Shown here: positions 38,960 to 51,928 of the stretch, piece by piece
How the letters are laid out: each line of letters opens with the position of its first letter
Numbering within the stretch: position 1 is the first letter of the stretch
Source of the DNA: Lytechinus pictus
Lineage: Eukaryota
NCBI RefSeq assembly: GCF_037042905.1
Contig: NC_087262.1
Location: 6,076,001 to 6,140,000, forward strand
DNA: 64,000 nt
Reading direction: 5' to 3'
Translations under genes and position numbers: made by a program
The notes under the pieces: model-generated
Database searches by the model: none
What the model was told of the DNA's origin: nothing
Seen by the model: the letters and a program-made list of their open reading frames with translations, nothing else

Positions 38960-39375
38960 GGCCCGAATTTACAAAGGTGGTTTTTCAAACCATCGGTTGA
39001 ACCCATGGTTAATGCAGAATCCCTGTGTAAATTACGCTTATTTACAGCATATTATATAAAAAAATGTCCAATACTGATGCGTGCTTTTGTCACAGTGCGC
39101 CAATTTGGCGCTTGTTGCCATGGTTAAGTATGCTATTTTATTCATGAGTCCACTGTTTTAACAGTGGGCTCATTAATTCAAAACACTGGACTCATTAATA
39201 AAATAGCGTGATAACCATGGAAACGGGCGTCAATATGGCGCACTGTGAAAAAAGCGCGCATCAGTATTGGACAATTTTTAATATACGCAGTAAATAAGCG
39301 TAATTCATACAGGAAATCTGCACAAACCATGGATTCAACCAATGGTTTTCAAAACCACCTTTGTGAATTTGGGCC
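38960..39375. mobile_element. Fold-back MITE (TIR GGCCCGAATTTACAAAGGTGGTTTT), almost wholly palindromic
   Basis: Arms of about 200 bp pair around the centre near 39165. Confidence 0.8.
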
Positions 39376-39408
39376 AAAGTGATTGTGAAAAGGATGTTTA
39401 GAACCGCA

Positions 39409-39670
39409 TACATTCGTAATTCCGAAGCTTCGTTATTCCGAAGGTTCGGATATTCCGAAGGTTCGTTATTCCGAAGGTTCGTATTTCCGAAGGTTCGTAA
39501 TTCCGAAGGTTCGTTAGTCCGAAAACGAAATGAGGTTTGTTATTCCGAAGGAGAAATTAGGTTCGTAATTCCGAAGGTTCGTTAGTCCGAAAACTAAATG
39601 ATTTACTAACCTTATTTCGTTTTCGGACTAACGAACCTTCGGAACAACGAACCTTATTTCGTTTTCGGAT
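39409..39670. repeat. About 16-bp tandem repeat (TTCGT.ATTCCGAAGG) with inverted units at the right end
   Basis: Repeated ttccgaagg; reversed ccttcgga/ttcggact units from about 39610. Confidence 0.8.
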
Positions 39671-40140
39671 TTATAACAAGTTTAATGAAATGGACCCCTG
39701 GTGTTTGCTAAAAAGCAACAGAATATCAAATACAAATAAAGATATCGGCTCAATTCTTCTTAAGGTCACAAACACAGTACAAAAATAAGCCCATATGGGA
39801 CTACACCCAAATTGCTGTACAAGTGTCATCATTTGCCTATTTTTATCAACTTTATTTGGAAAAAACAAATAAAGAGTAGGAAAAATGAAAATTAGATAAG
39901 CCCTTTTTATTTGACACCATACTTGAATCAAACATAAAGTCAATAGGTTTTACGAAGGTCGGTCAGGTTAATAATGCATTTTTTTTTAAAGGCCTCATTA
40001 AATTGAGGGTATCAACAAGAGACACATAATATCGTTAACAGTAGATAATCAATAATCACCAAATGGTTTTTAAAAGTATAAACATATGCTAAATACATGC
40101 ACTTCTTCTGGACCGGGATAAGGGGAGTATAACCCAAGAT

Positions 40141-40522
40141 TAATAATAATAATAATAAAACATTGCTTATATAGCGCATATAACGACGATAAAATCATGT
40201 CTCTATGCGCTTTAGAAAGAAGAATAGAAAGAATGGAGAAGAAAGAAAAGCCTGTTCACAGAGGAGCAAATATATAATATCAATTAATAGGTACATGTAT
40301 ATCTTATTTTACAAAAAGGAATGTCTTCAAAAGGGACTTAAAGGATTCTACAGTATTAGCTTGTTTAACAATATCAGGTAATTTATTCCAAAGTTCAGCA
40401 GAGGACATTTTGAATGAACGAGCGCCGTAGAATTGAGTGTTAATTTTGGGAACTACAAGGAGAGATTTGTTGTTTGACCTTAATTTTCTTTGGGGTACAT
40501 ACAGTTCAATGAGTTCTTTCAA
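40141..40522 (-). mobile_element. L2-clade LINE 3' fragment (ORF2 C-terminus + 3' UTR + (TTA)n tail)
   Basis: YVPQRKLRS..LLVVPK...YGARSF...AELWNKLP...SFKSLLKTFLF; tail aagcgcatagagac..tgcgctatataag. Confidence 0.85.
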
Positions 40523-40766
40523 AGATTAAAGTCAATATTTATTTTTCCTAAAGGTCCAATAAATACCCTGTCCTAATTTTAATAACAATATGTGTGTGGA
40601 TAGTCATTATTGTTTGCTGAAACTTGACAGGATGGGAGCTGGTCTGTTGACCGACTAAAACCATACAATAGGTGAAAGAATATTAATTAAATACATGTAG
40701 GCCTAAATGAGGGTCCATTTTTGGAAATTCAATACCATGCAGACCAGCCACTGTCCATTCTTATAC

Positions 40767-41053
40767 CATAATAATAATAATAATAGGCATTTATATAGGG
40801 CCATCTATTTAGAAATATTCTATTCCGAGGTGCGTTGTTATTATTATTCCCCCGGCTTTAGCTCGAGCTGCCTTTCAGCGCTCATGCATTCAAGGAATTA
40901 ATCCTGCCGGGTACTCATTCACCTCACCTGGGTCAAGTGCAGCACAATGTGGATAAATTTCTTGCTGAAGGAAATTACGCCATGACTGGGATTCAAACCC
41001 ACGACCCTCTGTTTCAAAGTCAGGAGATTTATCCACTGGGCCACAACGCTCCA
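40767..41053 (-). mobile_element. tRNA-derived SINE (family 1, type-II tail)
   Basis: Same head and body as 4701, but the tail reads cgcacctcggaatag..ggccctatataaatgcc. Confidence 0.85.
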
Positions 41054-41412
41054 TGCTACCATTACATGCACTTGAAATGTGGTGCTTTGAATTGAGAAAA
41101 GAAAATATCATGCATCTCCTGCACAATGTTTTTATTTCATATCACCCATATATCACAAGGGTTTTCATGGCATGAAGATTCATATTATGTAATAACTATA
41201 ATGGAATAGTTTAAGTTTTACTATTGTATATATCTATACTCATGTTGATTTTCTTAACTATTATTTTGGAAAGTTCTGAATGAGAGATAAATATATTGAC
41301 TCATCTTGTTATACACATGTAAATTGTACATTTTTATAATCATATGTTAATGTCATGTTGGGTGTCACAATGTTAAGACTATTTGTCTTCTTGTTTGGCT
41401 CCTCCCACAATG

Positions 41413-41640
41413 ATATAATAATAATAATAATGTGACTTATAAAGCGCCAAATCCACTCTGTAGAGTGCTCAAGGCGATAAGAGTTGAATAAAAACGTGTT
41501 TAGAAGATTTTTGAAAGTTTCGACAGAGGTACATTTTTTTATGTCTTCATGAAGGCTATTCCACAAAGTGGGGCATGCAAAAGCAAATGATCTTTCCCCC
41601 AAGTTTTCAAAACTTTAGGAATAACAAGTCTCTGTATTGT
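41413..41640 (-). mobile_element. L2-clade LINE 3' fragment
   Basis: GERSFAFACPTLWNSL...TFKNLLNTFLF; tail cgccttgagcac..ggcgctttataag(att)n. Confidence 0.8.
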
Positions 41641-42116
41641 TTGAATCTGGCTCTAAATCTAGTGTATATTCTACTTTGTATATATCTTTAAATATTATAT
41701 GTATATATATATAGTTGTGGAAATAAATGATTTGATTTTGTTTGAAAAGTGACCAACATTTTAGGAGGTATTTACCAGAACTGAGCAGAGGCTGTAATTA
41801 ATGTGCTACCTGTAGATGACAATACACCATACTTGTGGCAAATTGTCTGACTGACATTAATGTTCATCTGCAGACTGGCCTTCCTCTGAACTCTTAATTC
41901 ACATGTGACAAAATCGTAAAAGCAGGTATACAGGGAGACATTAAACTCGGGGGGGGGGGGGGGATAGGAGAAGAGTTGGGAATAAATACAGAAATAAAGG
42001 GACTAACCCAATCAAACAATTGGGCCAATTATAATCAAAATGATATTTGTCTGTCACTAATTCAATGGCACTGCACCTGTGTACCTCAAGCAACTATACA
42101 TGTACATGTACAACCA

Positions 42117-42246
42117 GGGGGCTGTAACACAAAGCTTAGCAATGATCATAGAACATTTTTCTATGATTAATTCCATTGACTACAATGTACAATCAATCGT
42201 AAAAATCAAGCGTACGATTGATTGCTAAACTTTGTGTTATGGGACC
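42117..42246. mobile_element. Short palindromic MITE
   Basis: taacacaaagcttagcaat ... attgctaaactttgtgtta. Confidence 0.55.
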
Positions 42247-43015
42247 TAGATCAGCTTCTAAATGGTGTGTTTAAGTTTAATTTGCAAAATTAGAAAGAGG
42301 ATTTGAAATGCTCCTCAAAAATGTTTATTTTAAGGGGACACTATTTTATGTTCAATCTGATACTAAGATAATTTTGTTAAAACAAAACTGACTTCTTACA
42401 TTGTACATTGAGCATGCTTACAGAATAATCCCTTTGCTTGAATTTCTGTCATGTACATCGTTCACATTACTTCACAATGATGTTCTGGTGGAATACCAGC
42501 ATACATGTATATACCTTGAGTATTATTTAGACTTTTTCCTACATGTAAATATGAGCTACATTACTCAGGAGCTTTGCATACTGACCAAAATATGCAAGGC
42601 AATATCTTCTATAGTCATACTTCTCTAAGTTCTCTGAAAACTGAATCAAAGCTTTATTAGATATGAATTGTTGCCATATTTGTATGAACAAATAGAGGGA
42701 CAGTTAATGGATGTGAAGTGGGAAATAGCGAAAATTACAGAATGATGAAAGCATCGACATATGAAATATGACACTTCACATCGAGATATACATTATGTGT
42801 GGGACATGAACAAATCTCGGAGATGATATAAACTTTATTACAAAATTCCGACATCAGCAGGTTATATGCTTTTGTTTTGAATTCGGTCAAAGACTATTGT
42901 ACTGAGGCTTCCTGACTGTGCATGATCAGAATTTATGCCTTCCACTACCTAATCTACAAAAGCCCCCAAATCAAGCATAATGAAATATTGCAAGGAAGTT
43001 CAATTTCAATTACTT

Positions 43016-43226
43016 GTATGTGTTGCACTCGACCCAGGTGAGGTGAATGGGTACCTGGTAGGAAGAAATTCCTTGACTGCTCGAGCGCCCAATCAAGGTA
43101 GCCATGCTAAAGCCAGGGTAATAATAACATTATCATGTTAAGTAGGGCCTGCTGGGAGAACAGTTTTCGGAACTGAAGTGGCTACCCTGGGTAAAATATG
43201 ACCTTCTTATCATCATTATCATTATA
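43016..43226 (+). mobile_element. 5'-truncated SINE (family 1, type-I tail)
   Basis: gcactcgacccaggtgaggtgaatgggtacc ... ggctaccctgggtaaaat. Confidence 0.8.
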
Positions 43227-43293
43227 CGACTTAAGCTTGATTGGAATTGAACATCAGTGTCTTGCACCGCCCCACCGGTCTTCTTAGGATTCA

Positions 43294-43641
<348 letters not shown>

Positions 43642-43931
43642 TCAATTGTTCATTTTTCAATATAACAATTTTCCTCCAATTTCTTTGAATATCTTGCCAA
43701 TTACAGCTCACCTCCTGATCAATAATTATATTTCTGATGTCCTCTTTTCAATAAGAGGACAAATTTCAGGTAAAATCTATCCAGGTACTGAGAATTGTTA
43801 CATTACTTCAGATCATCCTCAATATTGGTAATCAGGCTTTATTATTCCTTTGGCTTGGACCAGCAAAACGTAAGAACTTTGCAAATTCCTACAAAATAAA
43901 TATGAAGCAAGCTGCATGTCCACATACTTAC

Positions 43932-45249
43932 CTCTTACTTAAATGAATGGATACATCTTCTCTCTTAAAACCATCAAGTTCATAGAGTCTCTTAGCAAGT
44001 CTTTTGGCTGATGGCACATCTAAGTTCTTTGGGTTTTCATGAAGCGCACTCTCTAAACTGTTCATGTCCGGAAACTCAAGATCATCGCTACTTGAGCTTG
44101 AGCTCGAGTCCCTGTCCCTTGGCGTTAATCCTGGTAAATCTGTAGAACCTATACTTCCACCATTACCCATCTTTGTCTGACCCGTTGTAGGTGCAGCCAC
44201 TGCTGCTGGGGGTCCACCATCTCTTTTCAAACCTCCGTTTTCTATCCTCGGCTCTAAGTCTGAAGGGTTCGTCTGTATTCCTATTGCATTTGTGGAAAGT
44301 TTTGGCTTCGAGGATTCCGTCGGTTGTTGAACACTCTTTATTTTCACTTCAGAAGGTGTGTTCCTGTTCAGGCTAACTGTCGTTGCAGTGGTTTTCACCT
44401 TTACAACAGGAGATGACGTTACAAAGGCACTGTCAAGCGAGGACGACATGGTGTCATTGTTGTGGGAGATGTTGTTCCCATTTTCTATTCTAGTCCGTAC
44501 ATCTTGACTGTGACTGAATGCCGTTGGTAGCTGGTTACTGGTGATGCGCACCAGCTCAGCGGTAGAATGTCCATTATTCATTGTGGTATCAGTCTCCGAA
44601 CTTCTCGCTACAGGGTCAACCTCCTGAACACGTTCCTGGTTGGCAAGGACAGTGCTTGACTGAACACATCCATCGACAAGATCTGTCCTTCCTTCCTCAA
44701 TTGAATCTAAGTGTCTTGCGGCTGAAAGACCTCCTTCTTTGAGTGTATCCTCACGATGGATCAGAGCGGTCGTTGTGAGTATTTGACCAACAAATTCTTC
44801 AGATGCGTTGGCATCGGAGTTGCAGGAATGTGAGTTTACTAAGCTACCTGTAGGTTGAACGACGTCTATGCCATTGCTCTTTGGAGTTCCTAAATGATCT
44901 TTGATCTCATCTTCACCATTCTCCCTCGAATCATGATCGAATCCTGTCCTGTTTGGAAGTACCGGTGACTGAAGTCCCCGAAGCACTTCTGTGTCTCTGT
45001 CCGTTGCTCCGGCACGTAGCCTCTCGCTCAAGTCAGGCGAAGAATCACTCTCTACTACACCTGCCTCAACGCCATTGACATCACCAGACGTACACACCAC
45101 GCGGTCACTGCTGATATTCGTGAAGTCCCGCTTTTCAATTCTCGGCTTCGGACTGATTATAGAGGTTGATTTGAATCCACGATGTTGAGAACTCGGCGAC
45201 TTGTCCAGAGGTGCCAAGAACTTCAGGACACGATCTCTTGTTGCAAAAT
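43932..45249 (-). CDS. PSD: PSD/EFA6-family Arf6 GEF, large internal exon: low-complexity N-terminal region plus start of Sec7 (AKRLAKRLYELDGFKREDVSIHLSK). Gene is 5'-partial.
   Basis: Lies in ORF 43928..45289. Acceptor ccatctcacag|ATTTTG (phase 1); donor AAGAG|gtaagt (phase 2). The C-terminal motif is typical of the EFA6/PSD Sec7 start. Confidence 0.9.
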
Positions 45250-46186
45250 CTGTGAGATGGAAACAGATTTGTAAAAAGCAAAATAACAATATGCAGTCAT
45301 ATACAAATATAAATATGAGTGATTCCCCAAAACATGTACATTCAAAAGTATACTACAAACAGCCCAGTGAAACCCAAAGGCCAAAATTCACAAGAGTGAT
45401 TTTGGATGAAAAAACATCATGGTTTATGCAGACTACACTCTCAAAACAAACCAGTCAAAATGACAAGTTAATTGGGTTAGCTGGGTGCAACTGTTATTCT
45501 AGTCATATTTGACTATTTTCTAGTCGTATTTCTGACAAGAATTTACACAAGAAATGTGACTAGACATGTCAGTTCCACCCAGCTGACTACTGGTCCAGTC
45601 AATCTGACTGATTTATTGGTGTACGCTTGATCCAGAACGAATATAATGAGAAAGCATCCAATTATTAAAATGAATTGAAAGTAAACTTTTACCCAACACA
45701 TAAAAATTTTTGCATCCTAAATGAAACACTGATACCAAGCTTTAAGGGTGTAATCTTGCACCCTAAGTGGAAATGGTGCAAAAATGCACCTCTTTATTAC
45801 TATTTGCACAAATGCTCCTTTGCACCCTGAAAGGTGCACATTTTCACCTTACAAGGTGCAAATTACTTAACATTAAAAAAGGTTCGAATTTGCACCTAAA
45901 TATATTACATGGTTCATCACAGCACCCTACAGCATGCTACTGCAGCCTCAAAGGTGCACAAATGACCACAGTTGTACTCAATGGCACCCCTTGTGCTATT
46001 GTACCAACTCATAATGTTCTAATTGGAACCCCGATAAAAAAAATTTGTGTGAACCATTAAAACTAAGAATTTCAATCAGAAAAGATCAGATTTAAATAGC
46101 TGAATATGGGAATCATGTCAATTGAAAGACATGCTCAATTAACACCATCCACGGACACAATAATTAAAAAAGAATAAAACAAAATA

Positions 46187-47018
46187 CAGTGGTGCTAAAA
46201 AGTTAGTGAACCCCACCAGAAAATGAACATATTTACACATACTCAAGTTCTGCCATCTTTTAGATACTTAAAGGAGAATGAAACCCTTGAAACCAGCTGA
46301 ATCCATATCAAAGAGAAAAATCAAAGAAACATATTGTTGAAAGTTTGAGGAAGATTGAATGAATAATAAGAAAGTTATGAGCATTTGAATATTGAGATCA
46401 TTAATGCCATGTATATCCTCCCATTGGCAATGCGACCAAGATCTGTGATGTCACACACGTACAACTCCCTCATTACTTTAGTACTTATTTCACTTATATT
46501 CTCACTTTTATAGAGTCTATCACAAGGTGAGGTGTTCTCTTTATGAGAGGACAAGTACAGAGGTTTCACAACATTATATCATTGATGAATCGTTTGTCAT
46601 ATGATTAGAATGAGCAAAAAGAGATGTTTTGGGGTATATTTTCAGTGTCCAAAAGGGGAGAGTTGTTCATCTGTGACATCATAGATCTTGGTCGCATTGC
46701 CAATGGGAGGATCTCCATTGCATTAGTGATCTCGACATTCAAATGCTCATAACTCTTCTATTGCTAGTCCTATTTTACTCAAACTTTTGTTGATCTTATT
46801 CTTTGATTTTTCTGCTTTCACGAAAGCTAACTTGCTCCAAGAGTTTCATTCTCCTTTAATGTACAGGTGTAATTTGAAATCAGGTGATTAAATATTACAT
46901 TCAATAAACTTTGTTTCTCTGGGCTCGCCGAACACTGTAGTGTTGTTGACTCCATTCATCACTCGGCAATGAAGGAGAGCATTTTCTGGTGGGGTTCAGT
47001 AACTTTTTAGCACCACTG
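46187..47018. mobile_element. Tc1/mariner-type MITE (TA TSD) containing a nested TTAA MITE
   Basis: ta|cagtggtgctaaaaagttagtgaaccccaccagaaaatg ... cattttctggtggggttcagtaactttttagcaccactg|ta. Confidence 0.85.
46268..46859. mobile_element. TTAA-flanked MITE family B2, nested
   Basis: ttaa|aggagaatgaaac ... gtttcattctcct|ttaa. Confidence 0.85.
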
Positions 47019-47046
47019 TATGTATGTACAGGTACACAGATTTGTC

Positions 47047-47609
47047 TCAAAGGACAAGTTCACCCCAACAAAAAGTTGATTTGAATAAAAAGAGACAAAT
47101 CCAACAAGCATAACACTGACAATTTCATCAAAAACAGTTATATGCACATCCTGGTCGATATGCAAATGAGGGGACTGATGACATCACTCACTCACTATTT
47201 CTTTTGTATTTTATTATATGAAATATGAAATTGTCTAATTTTCTCCTCATTGTCATGTGAAACAAAGTGTTATTCCACCCTGAACATGTGGCATTACCAT
47301 CGTTATAACATTTTATGATTCAGTTAAGTTGGTCCTTGATGTCAAATTGGTAAAAATTTAAATATTGTATAATTCAAACAATAAAAAACAAAAGAAATAC
47401 ATGTAGTGAGTGATGGACATCATCGACTCTCTCATTTGCATGCCACAGAGTTGTGCATATAACTGTTTTGTGATAAATAAGAGAACTTTAATTTGTCGTA
47501 ACTTTCTTATTTTACATCCGATTTTTGATCAAGTTTTCAGCATTATGCTGGTTTGATTTTTCTCTGTCTATTCAAATCAACATTTTTCTGGGGTGGACTT
47601 GACCTTTAA
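47047..47609. mobile_element. TTAA-flanked MITE family B1 copy
   Basis: aaggacaagttcacccc ... ggggtggacttgacct|ttaa. Confidence 0.8.
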
Positions 47610-47964
47610 ATAAGAGAGATGGATGTCAATGAAGGATGAGATATTCTAATTTCCTTGAAAAAAAAAGCTTTCCCAATTGCGTGTAAATTGTTCAATGTGA
47701 ATACTGCTAAGTGCGGGTAACATTAATGATGTATAGGTCCAGGTTTCAAATGAACCTGTCCTGGTAGCTGCTAACCACAAATTAACCATTAATAATACAC
47801 ACATTGTAAAGCTGACATAAAAGCTTTGTTAACTTGTGTAGCCTTTCGAGTTTCAGAGAGTAATTTAAAGAGCTATATTAAATGAAATTGACACCACAGA
47901 TTGCAGCTATGAGAAAGATAAAGCTGCACATGAAGAAAAGGGGGCAAGGGCACCCCCACCCCCA

Positions 47965-48400
47965 AAGAAATAAATAAACAAAAAAATGAATAAATATATG
48001 AATACATGTAAATGTTAATAAAATGAATAAATAATAAATGGAAAAAATAATATAATTAATTGATAAATCAGTTTTTAAAAATAATGAATAATTAAAATAT
48101 AAATAAACATTTTAAAAAGATGAATGAATAAATACATAAATAAATAACATAAATATATAAATAAAATATAAATTGAAGAAATAAAATGAATTAATAAGTA
48201 AATAATAATAAATATAAAAATAGAATATGCGAAAATAGACAAATAAAAAAAAAAAATAAATGAATAAATAAATGAATGAATGAATAAATGAAAATATAAA
48301 TGAATAAATGAATTTATAAATAGATAAATAAATAAATGCATGAAATAAAAGATAATAACTTGATGAATTAATACACTAGTATAAATAAATAAATTGATTT
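47965..48400. repeat. AATA/AATG low-complexity tract
   Basis: Degenerate (AAAT)n/(AATG)n. Confidence 0.8.
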
Positions 48401-48501
48401 AAAGAAGTATGAACCCCAATATACTGTTATTGGATTCAATGAAAAATAGCAGATACATAAAAACTGCCATCTGAATGTTCCATTGATACAACAAGAATAT
48501 A

Positions 48502-48950
48502 GAGGCCGTTCTCATTACGCTTTCTAAAACTAGTTTACTGGAAACCGATTCAGGAAACCACTTTGGAAGATCGCTTTGCTAGCGTTCCCACTTGATCACA
48601 CGAAAGTGGTTTTCAAAATCACTTCACGTAAAGCGCTCTTGTTGCTATGGAAACGCTTTCAGTGGGGTAACAAGTTTCGCGCGAAATTCGAAACCGCAGC
48701 ATAGGCATTCTACACCTGTCGTGTGGAGTAGCGCGCTCAAAATGTGCGAAGATCGCTTCCCGAAGAACGGTTGTGTCCTCACTTACGCTAAAACCAGTTT
48801 AACGAGGCAAAGCGATCTTGAAAACTACATCGCGAGGTGGTTTTCCAAACTGGTTTGGAAGATCGCTTCCAAGACCACTTCGACCGTTCTCACTACGCGT
48901 TAAACTAGTTTCCAGTAAACTAGTTTTAGGAACGTAGTGAGAACAGCCTC
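48502..48950. mobile_element. MITE family G copy
   Basis: tata|gaggccgttctcattacg ... cgtagtgagaacagcctc|tata. Confidence 0.8.
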
Positions 48951-49978
48951 TATAGCCTACTTCTGAAGTGACCCATCAAGGTAACATCATGAATGAATAA
49001 TGCCAAGAAAAAGCTGTTGTGACAAAACAACGTGTATACAAGCAGAGAGTACAACAAGGGGCACCAAAGTACATGTCCTAGAAATGTCATATCAATGTTC
49101 TCTAGCTTCTGGAGTGCCGTAGTAGAGTGTATGCAGTTCTTGGGGACACTCTTGCGGCAAGAGGGGGTAAGGGTAAACTTTCACAAGTGCACAATTTTCC
49201 AAAGGATACTTGTAAACTGTAACAAGGAGGCAAAATCCAACATTCCAATTTCAATGCAAAGAATTACAGAGCTTCGGGGCTCGCCATCAATTCATAAGAG
49301 TGATTGAGACTACTTTAACAGCTGAAGGGGGTAAGGGTATGTTTTTGAAAACATGCTAATGTTTGTAAAGGATACGTGTTGGCCTCAATTGTAAAAAAAT
49401 AGGCAACATTATTACGTTGATACGTTCACATCTATAAGTATAAAAGCCAAAAATTACAGAGCTTGCACTATTAATCATCAATCCACGAAGTTCTATACAT
49501 GTACTCTGACAGCTCAAGAGAGCTGATGGTATGCTTTCATAAACACACAATTGTTTTTTATACAATGTTTATAATCATAAAAAAGGCAAATAGATGTACA
49601 ACGTTCATATTTCTATAAAGCCAAGCATTACAAGGCTTACATAAGGTTAAGAGGTGCACCGAGTTATAGGCATCATCAATTCATCAAGTGAAGCGGGAGG
49701 ATATGCCAAAAGAATTTTCAAACTTTTCTAAAATCTGCAGAATTAAAAGCAATTTTGCAACCCCATGGATAAGTTTAAAAAACATTTGGAAATCATGGGG
49801 GGGGGGAGACGTGGGGGTGTTTAACAGAGATTTAAGTGTGGCTTTAAGTCTCATTTTATTCCCAGCTGTGTGCTGTATAAAAGGCATATTGGTCTAATCG
49901 TGAAAAGAGAATGTGTGCTACTATGGACCAATCATTTGTTACATGTGATGAGTACGTCGGTTTTTAAGCATGACTCTA

Positions 49979-50790
49979 AGGGTGTTTTATGCTTCCATTG
50001 CGGGGACAGAATCAGCGTTTTCAAACGTCGTTCCAAAACGCTGATCGCATATGTGGTTCTGGAATAATGTTTATGCTTAATTTTTCAGAGGCGAAATCGT
50101 GATCTGCAGCTGGCTTCGCATCGTAATTTTTGTTGAGCAGGAGAGTGAGGTCAGTTTTTTTTTCTTAGTGTTGTTATGGTCGACTTTTATCTAAACTTAA
50201 AAAAATTTCTGATCTTTTTTGCATGGAGCTACTTGACATAGCCATAGAATTTCCACCATGATGAGGATAATATAGTATGACAAAATAAAGAATATCAAAG
50301 TTTACATAAGAAAATAATAATACATCTATTTGTTTATGCTACTGGGGCTTCTGGCTATTGATGTATCCTCATCATAACTCATGTTCCAAGTTTTCTGTAA
50401 ATCCCTCAACATTCATTGTGATGATAAATTAGAGGAGTAATAGTAATTAACTTGATAATCACACGTGCAAATGTACATTGGTCATTATTAGAACAGGGAG
50501 ATGGGATAGAAACACGCAACTATATTTGCCTGCGGATTTTCATCTCACCAGAGCATCTACCAAATGACGTCATTTAAACTCGTTTTTTATTGTGGTTCTG
50601 TTTATACTTCCCCAGAAACCCTGATTCTGGTCAAACAACGTTTTCAAACGCACTTTTTTGTAAGTTAGTTTACGATCGGCGTTCTGAAACGTCATTTAAA
50701 TGAAAGTAAGCATGGACGCAACCGTGTTTCAGACTAATCAGGTATGAAAACGCTGATTCTGGCCTGAAAAGTGGAAGCATGAACAAGCCT
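49979..50790. mobile_element. Harbinger-like MITE (TIR AGG..GTT.ATGCTTCCA); second copy at about 52176..52987
   Basis: agggtgttttatgcttcca..cagaatcagcgttttca / tgaaaacgctgattctg..tggaagcatgaacaagcct, TAA-rich flanks. Confidence 0.6.
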
Positions 50791-51530
50791 TAAGTCACAC
50801 TAAACTCTATGTGAAACACCCCTAAACTGTAGGATTTGTAGGAATGTACAACTTTTATAGAAAAAAAAATCTTCCTTCCTAAAAACGTTTGCAAGTTTGT
50901 GAAAACCATCCTAAAGAAAGTACCTGTCCTGGATATGTCACACCCGTATGTTAGTAGTTTTTCGAGTGCCCTAGTTCTTGAAAACGTTATCAGCAAGAGC
51001 TTTCAGACCGACCCGAATACCAAAATACCAGTCTGTCATTCATGATAACTTGGTCACGCCTCAAAATACCTGCCGGTAATCATATTCTGCATTGATATTC
51101 ACTCGAAATTGACATTTTCAGGGTAAATTCTTGAAGTTGTCAGCATGAGTAGAAGACGAGGGACGCGATTCAAGCTTGCTAGCTCAGCTAGCAAATAAAG
51201 CTTTATACCTTGCTCGCACCCAACATACTTGCTGGGACTGGAAAGATGTTATCTTCACGTTTTGAGCATGAATTGTCTATCAAGTAGCAGATGAGTAGCA
51301 GTCAAGGTGCACAATCTAAACTCACTACATATACCTCAGCATGCCAGCAACCAAATTATGGTGCTCGCATACTCGCTAGGAAAGGAAAGCACCTGTACTT
51401 TGTTTTCACACTTTGAGATTATACCCGTGGCCTTGGAAAATATTCCTGCAAAAATTATCATAATTTTGATATGTACCAACTAAATATGATTAGCAGGTCC
51501 TTTTTTTTTGGGAGGGGGGGAATATTACGA

Positions 51531-51928
51531 GTTATTATTTTATTATCATTATTATTATTTGTTTTGCGTCACCTGTGCCTGGGAGGGGAAAAGCGAACTG
51601 AATCACTGTGACCCGCAGGTCTCTCCTCCCGATATAACTGATTGGAGGGAGTGCAGGTGGACCACTACACCGGGGGTTTCCCCTTCTCTTATACGAATAG
51701 TGCAGTGGGTTTTTACCATGCAAAGGTGGCGACTCTCCTCTACACGGGGCCTCCAATTAACGTCCTATCCGAGGGATGGAGTGTTATCCGCTGTAACATA
51801 GCCTGCATCCATGAAACATGGGAGAGACGTTTGCACACAACGCACTGGCTTCAGTCATCCGCCCACGCTGGACTTGAACCCACGATCTGGTTTGACGGGC
51901 AGACGCGTTATCGACTGAGCCAACTTCG
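51531..51928 (-). mobile_element. tRNA-derived SINE with a Deu/Nin-type central domain
   Basis: Minus strand: A box tggctcagtcg, B box gggttcaagtcc, core tcggataggacgttaattggaggccccgtg..aaaacccactgcactattcgtataagagaagggg..cccggtgt. Recognised as DeuSINE/Nin-like from memory. Confidence 0.7.

Noticed and set aside
39409-39670. Possible CRISPR or coding repeat (ORF 39379..39585)
   Set aside because: Contiguous tandem units without unique spacers; the ORF is a by-product of the repeat.
48075-48341. F/I/Y-rich ORF (also 25339..25650)
   Set aside because: Low-complexity AATA or GA tracts.
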